DNA of 63,985 nt, counting the filler, from Octopus bimaculoides (Eukaryota): NCBI RefSeq assembly GCF_001194135.2. It is 7 parts of 6 records of this genome, joined end to end, with 100 filler letters (N's around TTAATTAATTAA, not from the genome) between each part and the next. Parts side by side here need not be neighbours in the genome. Positions count along the whole stretch, not along the records: positions 47,098 to 60,892 come from NC_069000.1; positions 60,993 to 63,985 come from NC_068993.1; 5 more parts are not named here. One strand, written 5' to 3'. How positions within the stretch are numbered: the first letter of the stretch is position 1; every line of letters starts with the position of its first letter. Below the pieces are notes generated by a model. The model was not told where the DNA came from and ran no database searches. It saw nothing but the letters and a program-made list of their open reading frames with translations. Below, piece after piece: positions 49,141-63,460 of this stretch. The translations under genes and the position numbers were made by a program.

Positions 49141-49492
49141 TCATGAAAGACGTTTTGAAACTTGTTCAAGAATTGTTGCCGTTCAAAATTATACTCTAAC
49201 ATCGGAAATATAGTTTGATGGCATTATTTAATTAAAAGAAAATTTAATTAGCTTCGAGGTTAATTTATCTTGAAATTATTTCAATTTGGCTTGAATTAAG
49301 CTCATGAAAGACGTTTAAACTCATGAAAGACGTTTTGAAACTTGTTCAAGAATTGTTGCCGTTCAAAATTATACTGTAACGTCTAGTTAAGGGCATCGGA
49401 AATTTAGTTTGATGGCATTATTTAATTAAAGGAAAATTTAATTTGCTTCGAGGTTAATTTATCTTGAGATTATTTCAATTTGGCTTGAATTT
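49141..49492. repeat. Tandem duplication of ~160-175 bp
   Basis: tcatgaaagacgttttgaaacttgttcaag..ttggcttgaatt occurs twice (from 49141 and from 49321), with a 19-bp partial unit between. Confidence 0.85.
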
Positions 49493-50872
49493 ATTTTGAT
49501 TTACTTCGTAAGTATTCTAATTTGCATATAAAAAAAATTTTAAATATATTTTCTGAAAACAAAGGTTAGTCAAAGTTGGAGCACTTTTGATTGAAGCAGG
49601 AATAGTGGTGGTGTAGTAGTTGGAAGGGGTGGTGACAGTGGCAGAGGTAGTGATGGTGGCGGTGGTGATAACAGTGGTAGTGGCAGTGATAGTGATGGTG
49701 GCCGTGGGAATAGTGATGGTTGTTCGTGAAAGTGGTAGAGGTGGTCGTGGTAGTGGCAGACATGGTGGTCGTGGTGATGATAACATCAGTAGTACCAACA
49801 ACAACCACTTCTATAACAAGACGATCATCATCATCATCATCAGCAGCAGCGGCAGCAGCAGCAGCCACATCACTAACAGAAACCGCATAGTAATGTTTGG
49901 ATGTTTCGTAGACAATTAATCTGATTGTTTGATAAGATGACTGAAGAAGTTGGACGAAGAGTTTGAAGGAATTACTGTTGTTGTTTTTGTTATTGTTGTT
50001 GTTTGATTTGTTGAACCCGAGTCAGTAAGGGTCTCCGAACAATAATGTTTTCGACTCTACCGAGAAAGGGGGTGGATTCTTTCAAGTTTGAGGATTTAAG
50101 TTCCAAATAAACTTTAAATCCTCAATTAATTGTTTTTAATAAGGAAAATGTTATAACATGAAATTGCGAAACTGTAGATTTTTTTCTTATGGTTATGATA
50201 AAATATGAACAAAGTAGGTAGCTTTTGGTGTATGATTACAAAAATATGTTTGAACATGGAAACTATTTTAAGGTTATCTAAGTACGACCATGGTAAGTTT
50301 TTATAAATCTTTTCTTTCTTGTATATCATAATGATCATCTTGCGTAAAGTATATCGTTATCTAACAATACACTTTATGCTAGACGATGATTATCCTAATC
50401 AGCTACAAATGTATGCTCGGCAACGTTTTTTATCTGAAAACTTTTCTAATAATACTACTACCAAAATCAATATTTGATTCAATACTCCGTCTGCTAAATC
50501 AACAAATCGGGTTTGAGAGAAGGTTGACCAGTCATGGGCAACCTTTTTCGCTAAGTGGGTCGCATAAGACATGGTTCATCATCAGGCGGGCTACACTACC
50601 GAAAAAATTCAAGGTAATTTTTCGTTAGGCGTGCTATGTGGGGACCGGTATGTCAAAGAATAGACCCAACGTTACCTTTGCGTATAGTAAAAGTCGACTA
50701 AAAGAGGTTGAGGCAGGATTTGCATTCCGAGCTCGTAAAACACTCACCAGCAACGACTATACAAACAGACTCGAGGCCTGAGTGGTGTAAAGGTAGGTGG
50801 TCATCCGCCAGGAGTAGAGAATCACCGACAAATGGTGAATGCAGCGACGCGCTGTTCCAGCGGATGCCCCTA

Positions 50873-50926
<54 letters not shown>

Positions 50927-51199
50927 GTGCTACACAGAAAGTCCTGCGGTATTCCTTAATAGACTTTGAAACGTAATAAATATTTTTCAGTTTATTGACA
51001 AATATTACTGCAAAAAGTTTATCGAAAAATCTTTCTGTGATGCTACTGTAGCGGGAATTGTCAACAATATTGTAAAACTAATAGTTACTTATTTGGCAAT
51101 TCGTAACATTTCACTTTTTGTTTCCTCTATGTTTTTTTGTACTAACAGTAAATACCTCATTGCTTCCAGTATCTCATATATCACCCCAGAAAATATATA

Positions 51200-51600
51200 G
51201 CTCTAGCTCTCGCCCCGCATTTCAAGGTTCTTCTTCATCCATAATGTACTGATTATCGAATCTATCCTAATGGGATAATTGTTTATAGTTCCTTCATATT
51301 TCCGTCTATCTTACCACATTTGTTTCTTACATTTCAGTTTGTAGCCATTTTTGTCATCAATAACGGTCGTTGCACTTTTTCCTTTTGATTTCAATGGCAA
51401 TTTGTATACATTCTCATGTTATTTTTCTCAAACCACACTGGCATCTCTAAGCGTTTCTTCCGTATGAAATTCTACTTAGCAACTCTAATTTGTGTTTGGA
51501 CTTCAATGTTTTGAAGCTTGGTATATTTGGCAGCAATACTTTTATCCTTCTTGAATTTTAGTGCTCTTCTTTTAGCCAACTTTCTAGAATGTCGTTCGTA
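51200..51600 (-). mobile_element. Degenerate RTE-like (EN-RT linker) fragment
   Basis: Minus strand LGNVKGKESWITNDIL and VIDDKNG motifs, with many stops. Confidence 0.4.
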
Positions 51601-51989
51601 ATCCAGGACTCCTTTCCCTTTACATTACCGAGGATTGTACTGGCACTTTCATTTGTTTCGTATGTGAACTTTTGCGCTATTTCTTCACAAATCTTTATTT
51701 CAAATTTTGACACAAGACCAGCAATTTTAGGATGATAGTACTTGACTTATACTTATTTTATCGACCTAAAAGAAGAAAAGGTAAAGTCAATCTCGGTCAG
51801 ACTTAGACTCAGAATGTAATGAATTTGAAGAAATACGAAAAAATTTTCTTCTGACGCTTTAAAAATTCTGCCAGCTCACCATCTTATGAGCTCTTCTCAG
51901 TAAGCAAGAATGACCTAAGACTTGAAACAACGAGCGATAAACTAAAACTAAAAAAACCTATGATAATGAAATTGTATTGATGTAACAAT

Positions 51990-52330
51990 TGAACATACTC
52001 AGAAGTTATTGAGATGAAATTGTTAACATTCAAAATGAGATACTTTTACAAAATTCCTTGCGTTACATGGAAGGACAAGCGAAACGAGTTAATGCTTAGG
52101 TCAGTCTTACAACAACTTAATGCGATGAATTGGGGAAAGAGAAAGACTTATAGAAACAGCAAGATCGAAAACATTAGAGTGGTTCAGTCACTTTTGTTGA
52201 ACGACTGGATCAACAGCAAAAAAAAAGCGTGTTTGGGAAAAGGGAAGATATAAGAAGTGGGTGACCAAGAAAAGACTTGTTCGATGATATTGAAACAGAG
52301 TGAGATAAGAACATAGGAATACAAAATACC
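51990..52330 (+). mobile_element. Degenerate RTE/BovB-like C-terminal fragment
   Basis: KLLTFKMRYFYKIPCVTWKDK and LEWFSH resemble KLxAFEMxCxRKIxxISWxD..LxWFGH. Confidence 0.5.
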
Positions 52331-53212
52331 CAAGACAGAGAGAGGATGGTTGGGTGCAATATTATATAAAGATTTGGCTGCTATTTATAGCCGAGCAACC
52401 ACATAGAGAGCGCCATTATTGTGGTGAGCTGGAAAGCCCGTCGCTGCATTCTGAGTTCAAATTCTACCGAGGTCGACTTTGCCTCTATTGATGTTAATCG
52501 TGAGGGTGGAGGTAGAGTGGCGGTGTTGGTGTAATAATTTTGGTATTGTGGTGTTGAAATTGGTGTTGTAGTGGTAGTGTTGATGGTGGCGTTTGTATTA
52601 GTGGTATTGTAGTGATAGTGGTAGTAGTGTGGGTAGTGTTGGTGTTGTATTGGTAGTGGTGGTGGTGTTGATGTTGTAGTTGTAGTGGTGTTGGTGGTGA
52701 TGGAGCTCCTATCATGGTGGTTGGGGTGATAGTGGTGGTAGTATGGTGGCGGTGGCGATGATACTGGATGTTGATAAACTGACACCGCCACAATTAGAAC
52801 TATTTGTAGATTGTCTAAATTAGCCAGTGTTTAGTTACATGGTCTCACCGCCAGAGGTCAGAATAAGCAGTGAGAGATTAAATAGATCCACACCACAAAC
52901 ATACACACATATACATATTCATAAACTCAAACAGTCACATACATGCATCAACATACGCATAAGCACATATATATACACGCATACATACGCATATAAATAC
53001 ATCCATATAAACACACAGACACGCACACATAAGCTCAAATACACACATACACACATACACATGCATAGACGCGTATATATATATGTAGATATATATATGT
53101 GTGTGTGTGTGTATACATATACACACGTCAATATATATATATACACATGCATAGATACACTCATACACNNNNNNNNNNNNNNNNNNNNNNNNNNNNNNNN
53201 NNNNNNNNNNNN

Positions 53213-53311
<99 letters not shown>

Positions 53312-54493
53312 AAATTCGTGGGAAAGGCCGGAACAATGCAAAATAAAAAAATGGATGTGTTTCCGTTGAAACGATTTTATATCCCACATAACAGCCGAGC
53401 GTAACAAACCTCTTAACATATTTTGAAACCTCTGAGGAAGTGCCTATGTCTGCGAGTCGTAGAAAATAATTTGCTCGATGAGGGCACAGAAAACATTGAT
53501 TTTGAAGAAACAGCTTAAATCAGATGTCTCATTATCGACTATTGTCTTCCGGGTGTCGATGGCAACAGCTGCAGTAGAAGCAACAACAACAGCATCACCA
53601 TCATCATTATAAACAACAACAACAACAAGGATGTACTTAGAACCCTGGAGAGAATTGACGGATGGCCAGAAGCATTGGAGTATCAGCCTTACGCTATTTG
53701 TTCCGGGTTTTTGCGTCCTGAGTTCAATTCTCGCTTTTCGTCTTTCTGATGGAGTGAGGAGTTAATAGAAGTAAGTGCTTTCGTGTAAAACACAGATCAA
53801 CAGTGGATTGGAAGAACTGTTAGTGAATAGAATGGGGTCTCGTAGAGAAATTTGGTAATGTTAAATATGTGTGCTTTCGAGAGGCTGAGAATCTCAAAAT
53901 TTAAGGGAGCTGGGATGTTATTTTTTAGTGAAGGGCGCAACAGAAAATTATGAACTTTTTCTCGGCTCCAAAGCCCCGGACCAATGTACTAGCTGAAGCC
54001 GCCTCCTATTGGCCCAAGCGATGAACAAAATACCTTGCGGTATTTGTTCTGGTTGCTTACATTCTGATTTTCTCAACAACGATACTGGTCCCAATCTGTA
54101 TCGGATTTTGCAATCCCTTTGGGCAACATTAGTAGCGAGGAGAAAAGAAAACTTGCTGTATGGACTGCTGCTAATCTTTCATAAAAACATGAACAAAAAA
54201 TACCTTGTCCAGGGCTGCGACCGAGAGAGGAAGTTTCCCCAGTAAGAATAAATGGTCAAACCTGATTGAAGGAAGCTCACTTGTGGCTCCCAATGTGTCT
54301 GAACAAAAAATGACAGGATTATCACTGCTGGAACTTCGCTGAACATAAGTCTGCTCGTTATAGGCNNNNNNNNNNNNNNNNNNNNNNNNNNNNNNNNNNN
54401 NNNNNNNNNNNNNNNNNNNNNNNNNNNNNNNNNNNNNNNNNNNNNNNNNNNNNNNNNNNNNNNNNNNNNNNNNNNNNNNNNNNNNNNNNNNNN

Positions 54494-54670
54494 AGGGAAG
54501 GGGTTAGTCGATTACATCGACTCTAGTGCTCGACGGGTACTTATTTTTATTGACCCTGAAAGGATGAAAGACAATGTCGACCTCGCAGGATTTGAACTCA
54601 GAACGTGGAGATTGACAAAATACCGCTAAGCATTTTGCCCGGTGTGCTAACGGTTCTGCTCGTTCGTCGC
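54494..54670 (-). mobile_element. SINE family E
   Basis: Reverse complement of the 7482-7680 type. Confidence 0.65.
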
Positions 54671-54689
54671 AAGAAAAATAACTGCTATG

Positions 54690-54745
<56 letters not shown>

Positions 54746-55003
54746 CGTGCGCACTTTTTATTGACTTTGGAAGAATGGAAAGTAAAATTGATTACAATAA
54801 ATTTTGAACTTTGAACTCCAGACATCTTGTTGAACACTAACGATTCTTCGAAAAACTGCACTTAAGAAAATTTTTAACAGAGTCTGTTAATTCCATGTGT
54901 ATAGGTAGTATTATTATTATAGTGGTGATGATGTAATAATGATATAAAGGTATGGCAGCGGTAGTGATGATGTGGTGGTAACAGCGATGAAAACTGGCTC
55001 TCC

Positions 55004-55253
55004 GTCGGTTACGACGACGAGTGTTCCAGTTGATCCGATCAACGGAACAGCCTACCTGCGAAATTAACGTGCAAGTGGCTGAACACTCCACAGACACGTG
55101 TACACTTAACGGAGTTCTCAGGGAGACTTAGCGTTACACAGAGTATGACAAGATTGGCTCTTTGAAATACAGGTACTACTCATTTTTGTCAGCTAGGAAT
55201 TGAACTCACAACCTTACGATCATGATACTCTAACCACTAAGCCACATGCCTTC
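55004..55253 (-). mobile_element. SINE family A (head type 1)
   Basis: Shared 3' module plus head gaaggcatgtggcttagtggttagagtatc. Confidence 0.7.
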
Positions 55254-55734
55254 ATTAACAGTTATCAATCTGTTGCTAATAGCAACGTTATCGGTGTTGT
55301 TGTTGCTGTTGTTGTCGGTGGTGCTTAGCCTCAGGTTAGCCCTAATCGAGTGGAACTTTGATCAAATGCTTTCCAACCATGACCGTCCAGTCCTTTTAAG
55401 GGTAATTAATACTACACTATCGAATTTTTCCTTTCCTTTCCCAAGATAATAATTTGTGATTTGAGGCGATTTAGCTGCTTTTTCTTACAGCTTCAGTAAC
55501 TACGTGCAGGCTCCTTCGAGGGCCTCGAGTGGTGGAGTGGTTTCATGACGGTTCTGCAATAGTGGCAACGTTTTCCGTTTTAGTTATGGTAGACTTGGCT
55601 GTGGTGGAGGTAGTTGCGGTGACAGTACTACAGGTGGTAGCAGTTGATATAAAGGAAGTGCTAATAATGGAGGAAACGCTGATACGTTTTTGTGGTGATG
55701 ATGATGATGGTGTAGCAGCAACAGCAGCAGCAGC

Positions 55735-55785
<51 letters not shown>

Positions 55786-56118
55786 AGAAGTGGTAGTAGT
55801 TTTTGTTGTTGTTGTGGTTGTTGTTGACGTTGTAGAGTAGGTCGGTGTTAATGAAAAGAAATTGTATTCTTTCCGTGTTTTGTCAGATATTTCCTCTACC
55901 TCAGCACTTTTTCCTTCCATCCCGGATTTCTCAGCAAAAGAGATACCNNNNNNNNNNNNNNNNNNNNNNNNNNNNNNNNNNNNNNNNNNNNNNNNNNNNN
56001 NNNNNNNNNNNNNNNNNNNNNNNNNNNNNNNNNNNNNNNNNNNNNNNNNNNNNNNNNNNNNNNNNNNNNNNNNNNNNNNNNNNNNNNNNNNNNNNNNNNN
56101 NNNNNNNNNNNNNNNNNN

Positions 56119-56149
<31 letters not shown>

Positions 56150-56182
56150 CACCACTACCATTACTGCCACCACCACCATCAT

Positions 56183-56245
<63 letters not shown>

Positions 56246-57062
56246 TACTACTGTTGCTGCTGCTGCTGCAGCCCATGCTGTCACCACCTGATAATACATC
56301 GCTCATATATATATAGATTACATATGCATACCGATGCCTACAAAACTATGTATGTATGTATATACACAAACGAAAACACACACATGTACGCACGCACACA
56401 CGCACGCGCACGCATACACACACATACACACACCCACTCCCCCACACAACTTATGGTTGAATGAATTCTGTCCACTTGTATTTAATCTCGATCCACCTTT
56501 GTCATATTATGCCATCTGGCTTCACCGTGTCTGTGTATAGAAGTATGTGTGTTTATGTCACTGTGTGAATATTTTAAATGTGAATATGTATATATGTATA
56601 TACGTACACACACACACACATACACACACAATGTATGTGTGTGTGTTTGTGTATATATATATATATATATACACATGTGTGTCTATGTATATGAATACAC
56701 ATGTGTGTGTACATATACAACATACACAAAATTAAAAAAAAAACTATCAATTTAAAACCATTTTCAGATGAAATAACCCGAGAAAGATAAGACCCTAAAT
56801 AGGTCGAAAACGCTACCCTTCAGTTGTTAGAAAGCCACATGTTCTCTCTAGGGGTTACAACATCCACATCCCAACGAAATTGTTTTACAGCAACACTAGA
56901 AACATTTTATTATATAGAATAATTACTTATTCATCTGTTCTATAGAGTTACGTAATTTTAAACACTAATTGCCAAATATATATCATCATGTAATGTACAT
57001 ATGATATTGACTACTGATACATATATGCGCTACATACGTGTGTGTGTGTGTGTGTATTTAGA

Positions 57063-57118
<56 letters not shown>

Positions 57119-57286
57119 ATCTACTCGATGCCCATGGATACTACGGGCTATACTGTAATCATCCTAGGAATAAGGACTATGATTTTAAAAGATATGTGAT
57201 TTATGGAAACGCGTGTAGCGTTGCATTAAAATATTTATAAATTCTATCCAAGGATTATTGTTATTATTATTACTATACACACACAC

Positions 57287-57355
<69 letters not shown>

Positions 57356-58065
57356 AAATACAAAAATGGGACATGAACGCAGACGATACAATGAAAACAA
57401 GGACGGGTCATTCGGAGTTTTCTATCCTTAGTCGAGTTCCAGATTATCTTTGCAATTTCTGCTGCTTATACTCGAAATTGCTCCAATCTGGCCAGCCCCA
57501 AGGAAAAACTAACCTAAGAGCATTAGATTCCTTGGAAGAAGCAGCGAATGTATACGAACAAAAGGACGGGAAAAAACGGAGAAATGTTACACAAATACAA
57601 ATGCAAATAACAGGACATAACAACAGGTGCCTTTCGACTAAGGACTATTTTCGTATGAATCCTTTATAGTTCTTTTGCAACAACACAGTTCCTAAATATC
57701 TCAAAATCACCAAGAATTCTAGACTTTCCAGGACGTAGAGTGTTACTCGCATATGTAACAGCATTATTTTATGGCCAGCAAATGTGATTGCCGTAGATTT
57801 CCTCGCTCAATTTATGTTTAAGACATTTAGACGTATTCACCGAAATTTGAAACTAGATCGTTAGATTTATATGTCATGAATCACGCATTAATTTTGTTTG
57901 TGTCGTGTATGTATTGACTGTGTGTTTGCGTTAGCATTATGCACTGTCATGAGTAATGCAGTTATCATTAATCGTCTGTTTTGTGGGAAATTCTAGATAG
58001 CATTGTCTTGCGTTATCCTATTTAATTTTGTTTTATGCTGTTCGGCGTTGTTGTTGTTGTTGGCA

Positions 58066-58362
58066 CTCCGTCTCTTACGACGTCGAGGGTTCCAGTTGAT
58101 CCGATCAACGGAACAGCCTGCTCGTGAAATTAACGTACAAGTGGCTGAGCACTCCACACACACGTGTACCCTTAACGTAGTTCTTAGGGATATTCAGCGT
58201 GACACAGTGTGACAAGGCTGACCCTTTGAATTACAGGCACAACAGAAACAGGAAGTAAGAGTGAGAGAAAGTTGTGGTGAAAGAGTACAGTAGGGTTCGC
58301 CACCATCCCCTGCCGGAGCCTCGTGGAGATTTAGGTGTTTTCACTCAATAAACACTCACAAC
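58066..58362 (-). mobile_element. SINE family A (head type 2), (CAA)n tail, head in gap
   Basis: Near-identical to 7749-8030; preceded by (TTG)n. Confidence 0.75.
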
Positions 58363-58499
58363 NNNNNNNNNNNNNNNNNNNNNNNNNNNNNNNNNNNNNN
58401 NNNNNNNNNNNNNNNNNNNNNNNNNNNNNNNNNNNNNNNNNNNNNNTGTAACAGTAAGAAAAACGTAGTTTACATGTTTTACATTTACAATTGAATTTA

Positions 58500-58715
58500 T
58501 CTTTTATCTTTTCTTTTTACTTGTTTCAGTCATTAGACTGCAGCCATGCTGGAGCACCACCTTGGAAAATTCTTAGTCGAATGAATCAATCGTAGTACTT
58601 TTTTTAAGCTTGGTACTTATTCTATCGATACGTTTTGTCGAACCGCTAAGTTACTGTGATGTAAACACACCAACACCAGTTGTCAAGCGGTGGTGGGGAA
58701 CACACAGAGATACAC
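58500..58715 (-). mobile_element. SINE family B, 3' module
   Basis: tttacttgtttcagtcattagactgcagccatgctggagcacc..ttgtcaagcggtggtgggg. Confidence 0.75.
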
Positions 58716-58725
58716 ACACACACGC

Positions 58726-58794
<69 letters not shown>

Positions 58795-58995
58795 CCGGTC
58801 ATTTCATCATGTTGAATCCTTAATCCCTACACATTTTCTCTCTCTCCGTTTTGTTTTTTTTTCGTTCTCTTTCCATTTTCCCCCCTCTCAATCTTTTCTG
58901 TCGAAGACTTTTCCATTCTTCGCGAGCGTTAAACTAATACACCTGCTTGTTGTTCCCTCACCTATCTTCGTCTTTTGTTTTTAGTACAATTGAAC

Positions 58996-59031
<36 letters not shown>

Positions 59032-59162
59032 CATTTATATGTATATAGAAAAATAATTGAGATTCAGATGAATTAGGTACTTAAGTTGAGGCACCAAAAA
59101 TTAGTACAGTATTATCCGTACAATTTCAAAATAAAGTGAATAAAATCAAAATAACCAACAGG

Positions 59163-59193
<31 letters not shown>

Positions 59194-59850
59194 CAGGCCA
59201 CGACAGCTTGCACTTGAAGCCGAACATTTTAACTTGCGGAGACAATATTTACATATCACCTGAGGAAACACAACTAGATCTCATAATGCAGGGAAACGGT
59301 TGCATAATCAAGTACCTGCACGCCTGCAGAACTACGTTGCTATGAAACAATTGTGGTGATTGAAAATAAAAGTCCAAACGTAATCCTTGTTGACTCCAAA
59401 TTTTTTCCCTGATCTATTCACACACCACAGATGCCCAAACACAAACCTGGAAGTAGGCATGATACTACTACTGGATAGCACAGGGTGAAATCTGTAGGTG
59501 GACCAGCTTTATACTGTTCGCTAGTACGTTCTTAACAGAATGTACCAATCGTTCCTTCTATTGTTTATGCGGGTGTAATATACGGAGATTGTATTCGCTT
59601 TAATTATAGATATAGTCAAAGCATATATGTTTCATTTGTGCATGTGTGTGTGTGTGTGTGTGTTCAAATATACATATATAATATATATTCACACATACAT
59701 ACACAACACTACGGAATACTCACACACTCACACATACACATACTCATATACTCATACGCACACATACTCATATAGGCTTTTGTCTTTGTGCCCACATACA
59801 TATAGTGACATACATATGTATATGCGCATATATATATATATGTGTGTGTG

Positions 59851-59899
<49 letters not shown>

Positions 59900-60807
59900 N
59901 NNNNNNNNNNNNNNNNNNNNNNNNNNNNNNNNNNNNNNNNNNNNNNNNNNNNNNNNNNNNNNNNNNNNNNNNNNNNNNNNNNNNNNNNNNNNNNNNNNNN
60001 NNNNNNNNNNNNNNNNNNNNNNNNNNNNNNNNNNNNNNNNNNNNNNNNNNNNNNNNNNNNNNNNNNNNNNNNNNNNNNNNNNNNNNNNNNNNNNNNNNNN
60101 NNNNNNNNNNNNNNNNNNNNNNNNNNNNNNNNNNNNNNNNNNNNNNNNNNNNNNNNNNNNNNNNNNNNNNNNNNNNNNNNNNNNNNNNNNNNNNNNNNNN
60201 NNNNNNNNNNNNNNNNNNNNNNNNNNNNNNNNNNNNNNNNNNNNNNNNNNNNNNNNNNNNNNNNNNNNNNNNNNNNNNNNNNNNNNNNNNNNNNNNNNNN
60301 NNNNNNNNNNNNNNNNNNNNNNNNNNNNNNNNNNNNNNNNNNNNNNNNNNNNNNNNNNNNNNNNNNNNNNNNNNNNNNNNNNNNNNNNNNNNNNNNNNNN
60401 NNNNNNNNNNNNNNNNNNNNNNNNNNNNNNNNNNNNNNNNCCACACACACACATATATATATCCAGTTACTCCCGACCATTAGTTATTAGTCAGCGTTGA
60501 AGCCAAGTCGTATATCCAGTGAAGCGAACTGAAGAGGATGAAAAGTATTTTTATACACAACGGCTTCTAAAAAAACAATCCAAATTGTGGAAGGGTGTAA
60601 CTTTTCTAACCCTCCTCTTTACTTTCCTCAATCCTAATACGCCGATACACATGTATATATATACATACATACATATATATATGTATGCATGTATATATAT
60701 ATATATATACGCATGCTTAAATATAAGCACATATGTATATAGACACATATATATATATATGCATATACATTATATATGTATATACATGCACTCACATATA
60801 TATATAT

Positions 60808-60892
<85 letters not shown>

Positions 60893-60992
60893 NNNNNNNN
60901 NNNNNNNNNNNNNNNNNNNNNNNNNNNNNNNNNNNNTTAATTAATTAANNNNNNNNNNNNNNNNNNNNNNNNNNNNNNNNNNNNNNNNNNNN
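60893..60992. other. Artificial scaffold-joining spacer
   Basis: 44 N + TTAATTAATTAA + 44 N. Confidence 0.95.
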
Positions 60993-61032
<40 letters not shown>

Positions 61033-61395
61033 GACGGGTTTCTTTCAGTTTCCGTCTACCAAATCCAATCATAAGGCTATAGCAGAAGACATTCAACGAA
61101 GGTACCACGCAGTGGGACTAAACCTGAAACCATGTGGTTGGGAAGCAAGCTTTTTACAACACAGCAACACTTGCATATATATGTTTTATCTTGTACTTGC
61201 GTCAGTCATTAGACTGCGGCCGTGTTGGGGCACTGCCTTGAAGAATTTTTAGCCGAAGGAATTGACCCCCAGTACTTATTTTTTAAAAGCCTGGTACTTA
61301 TTCTATCGACCACGTTTAAGATTGTTAAGTTACGAGGACGTAAACACACTGACACTGGTTGTCAAGGGGTGGTGGGAGACAAACACAGACACACA
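61033..61395 (-). mobile_element. Two adjacent SINE family B fragments (5' half 61033-61153; 3' module 61185-61395)
   Basis: Both match the full-length copy at 35988-36372. Confidence 0.7.
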
Positions 61396-62199
61396 TATCC
61401 ACCTGCCCACCCACTCGCCATTTCTTCAGACTCTGTTTTACCCAGAAATGACTCTAACAAAAGTAGCAGTAATTTTTTGTTGGTCGTTCATTTTTTTTCA
61501 ATTGATCAATAGACCAGTTGAGTAAACCTATAATGATTACTGGAAACAATTGTAAGCGAAATTTACTCTAATAATGGGAAAATATGTAATAACTATTATT
61601 TTTTAACTTGCTTTTATATATCACTCTGCGTAAAAACCGGGTTGTCTTGAATCCATCCACAGATTTACAATATAGAATTGTGATGAACCATAAGAATACC
61701 TGGAGTTCTTCACTAATCTAAATAATATTGTCAGTCTGGTGAGCCAACAGAGAGCTAGCTTATGAAGTATTTTGGCTGGATTGATAATCCCTCACTATTA
61801 GCTTTATATATATATATATCAACAATAATAATAATAATGATTATTGAGAAGTGGCACAGCATTACTTTTAGTAAGTTTAATAAGTCGAATAACGAATCTG
61901 ATTTAAATAGTACTTTTAATAATGCAAATTTAAAATCTAGTACTATAAATAAATCTACTAATAGGAAAACTAGTAATGGGAATTTGAAATGAAATATAGA
62001 AGTTAATAAAATAACAAGAAAAGGCGATTTTTATAGGAAAATTAATCAAATGAGCAGTTATAAAAATTCAAACAAAAGTAAAAATGAGAAGATAGTTAAT
62101 AACCAAGTTCAAAATTCTCTTATTGTTAATAGAAATGAGGATGTAGTATTCTTTAATAAAATCTCAAATTCTTTTAATATAAAAACAACTAAAAGATTT

Positions 62200-63200
62200 A
62201 AAGATAAAATAAGTGCTAACTTTAATATGGATCGAAATCAGAGAATACTTACTCCTTCGAAAAACGGGTATAAACATCAAGATTATGATTTTAACTCTTA
62301 AAATACTTTATGGTTAATTATTCCATTTAGTAAACAAGTAAATTATAATTTTTCCAAATTGTTCAATATAGCAATTGAAAAATATTTTCCAATAAATGAT
62401 AGATATTATAGAATTTTTAATAGACATAAGTTCTGCATAGTTTATTGTAACAGCAAAAATATTGAACAAATTATAGCAACACATAACGTAATATCGAGAT
62501 TCTAATCAGAAGCTATTCTAATCAGAGTAGCAGAGTAAATATTCAGGATGATAATGTCAAACGGAATAAAAATAAAATTCAAATAGAAGAGAACTCGAAG
62601 AATTTAAAAGTCGCTGAAAGGGAAATAATCCAGTTTAACAGACTGAATAACGTTGAATTGAACAAAAAGCCAGCTAGAAATAGAACAAAGATAACGTTAT
62701 CCAAAAGAATAACTAGTAATATAGAACTTTATGGAAATGAATTTGATTTTACCATGAATTATCAAATTAAAACTAAATCTGAGAGAAATATAAAAAAATT
62801 ATCATTGCAATTGTTCTAAACGGGAATTCTGTTATGTGAAAAATAAATGTAAGACTAAATATGTAATATATAGATGTAAAGTTACATGTGAGGGCAATGA
62901 ATATTTTTACATTGCTCAACATCACTAATTTTCAAGAAGAGACGGGCAAATCATTTTGAGTTCATTTAGAGATAAAAAATAAAAGATTCCAAGCAAGTCT
63001 TAGTAAATTAATCTGGTTTATCAAAGACAGAAGCAAAGACTATACGATTAATTAGGAATTAATTTGTACTGAAAAACCATACAGACCTGGAACTAAAAGA
63101 CCTGTGATCTGTGGTGAGAAGAATTTTACCAATTTTTTTACATCTAAGTGTAATGCAGTAAATTCTAGACATGAACAAACTTTGAGATGCGTACACATGA
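62200..63200 (+). mobile_element. Degenerate Penelope-like element, post-RT region and GIY-YIG endonuclease
   Basis: WLIIPFSKQVNYNFSKLFNIAIEKYFPINDRYYRIFNRHKFCIVYCNSKNIEQIIATHN (62311-62487). CNCSKREFCYVKNKCKTKYVIYRCKVTCEGNEYFYI(G)ST..FKKRRANH..SLSKLIW (from 62806). Both match Penelope/Poseidon-type consensus motifs. Stops and frameshifts present. Confidence 0.8.
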
Positions 63201-63399
63201 GGAAATTCACATTTGCCCAGCATAAATGAATAATAAAGATTTAAACAATGTTTTCAAACAATGGACTATAAGTGATTAGACAATCAAAACTTGAATTGAA
63301 GATAGTTCGCGTCTAGCTTAACGAACAACTCTACACCATACAACGCAGAGTAGATAAACGAAAAATTTTAAACAGTTAAATCGAAGGATATTAAAGTAA

Positions 63400-63460
63400 A
63401 GACCCTGAAGAAACTGCACCGGTATTATAGTAGGGTTGCAACTGAAACAAGTGTAGGTCT
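63400..63460 (+). ncRNA. Type-I hammerhead ribozyme motif in putative Penelope terminal repeat
   Basis: Stem I AGACC (63400-04) pairs with GGUCU (63456-60). CUGAAGA (63405-11). Imperfect stem II (aactgcacc/ggttgcaact). GAAAC-AAGU-GUA. Predicted cleavage after A63455. Confidence 0.65.

Noticed and set aside
51200-52330. Oppositely oriented RTE fragments suggesting a twin-priming inversion
   Set aside because: The fragments are too degenerate, the whole RT is missing between them and a SINE intervenes; they cannot be shown to come from one insertion.
59255-59305. CUGAGGA...GAAACGGUU
   Set aside because: No stem I or stem II complementarity; probably chance within a weak PLE-like coding remnant that I could not call confidently.
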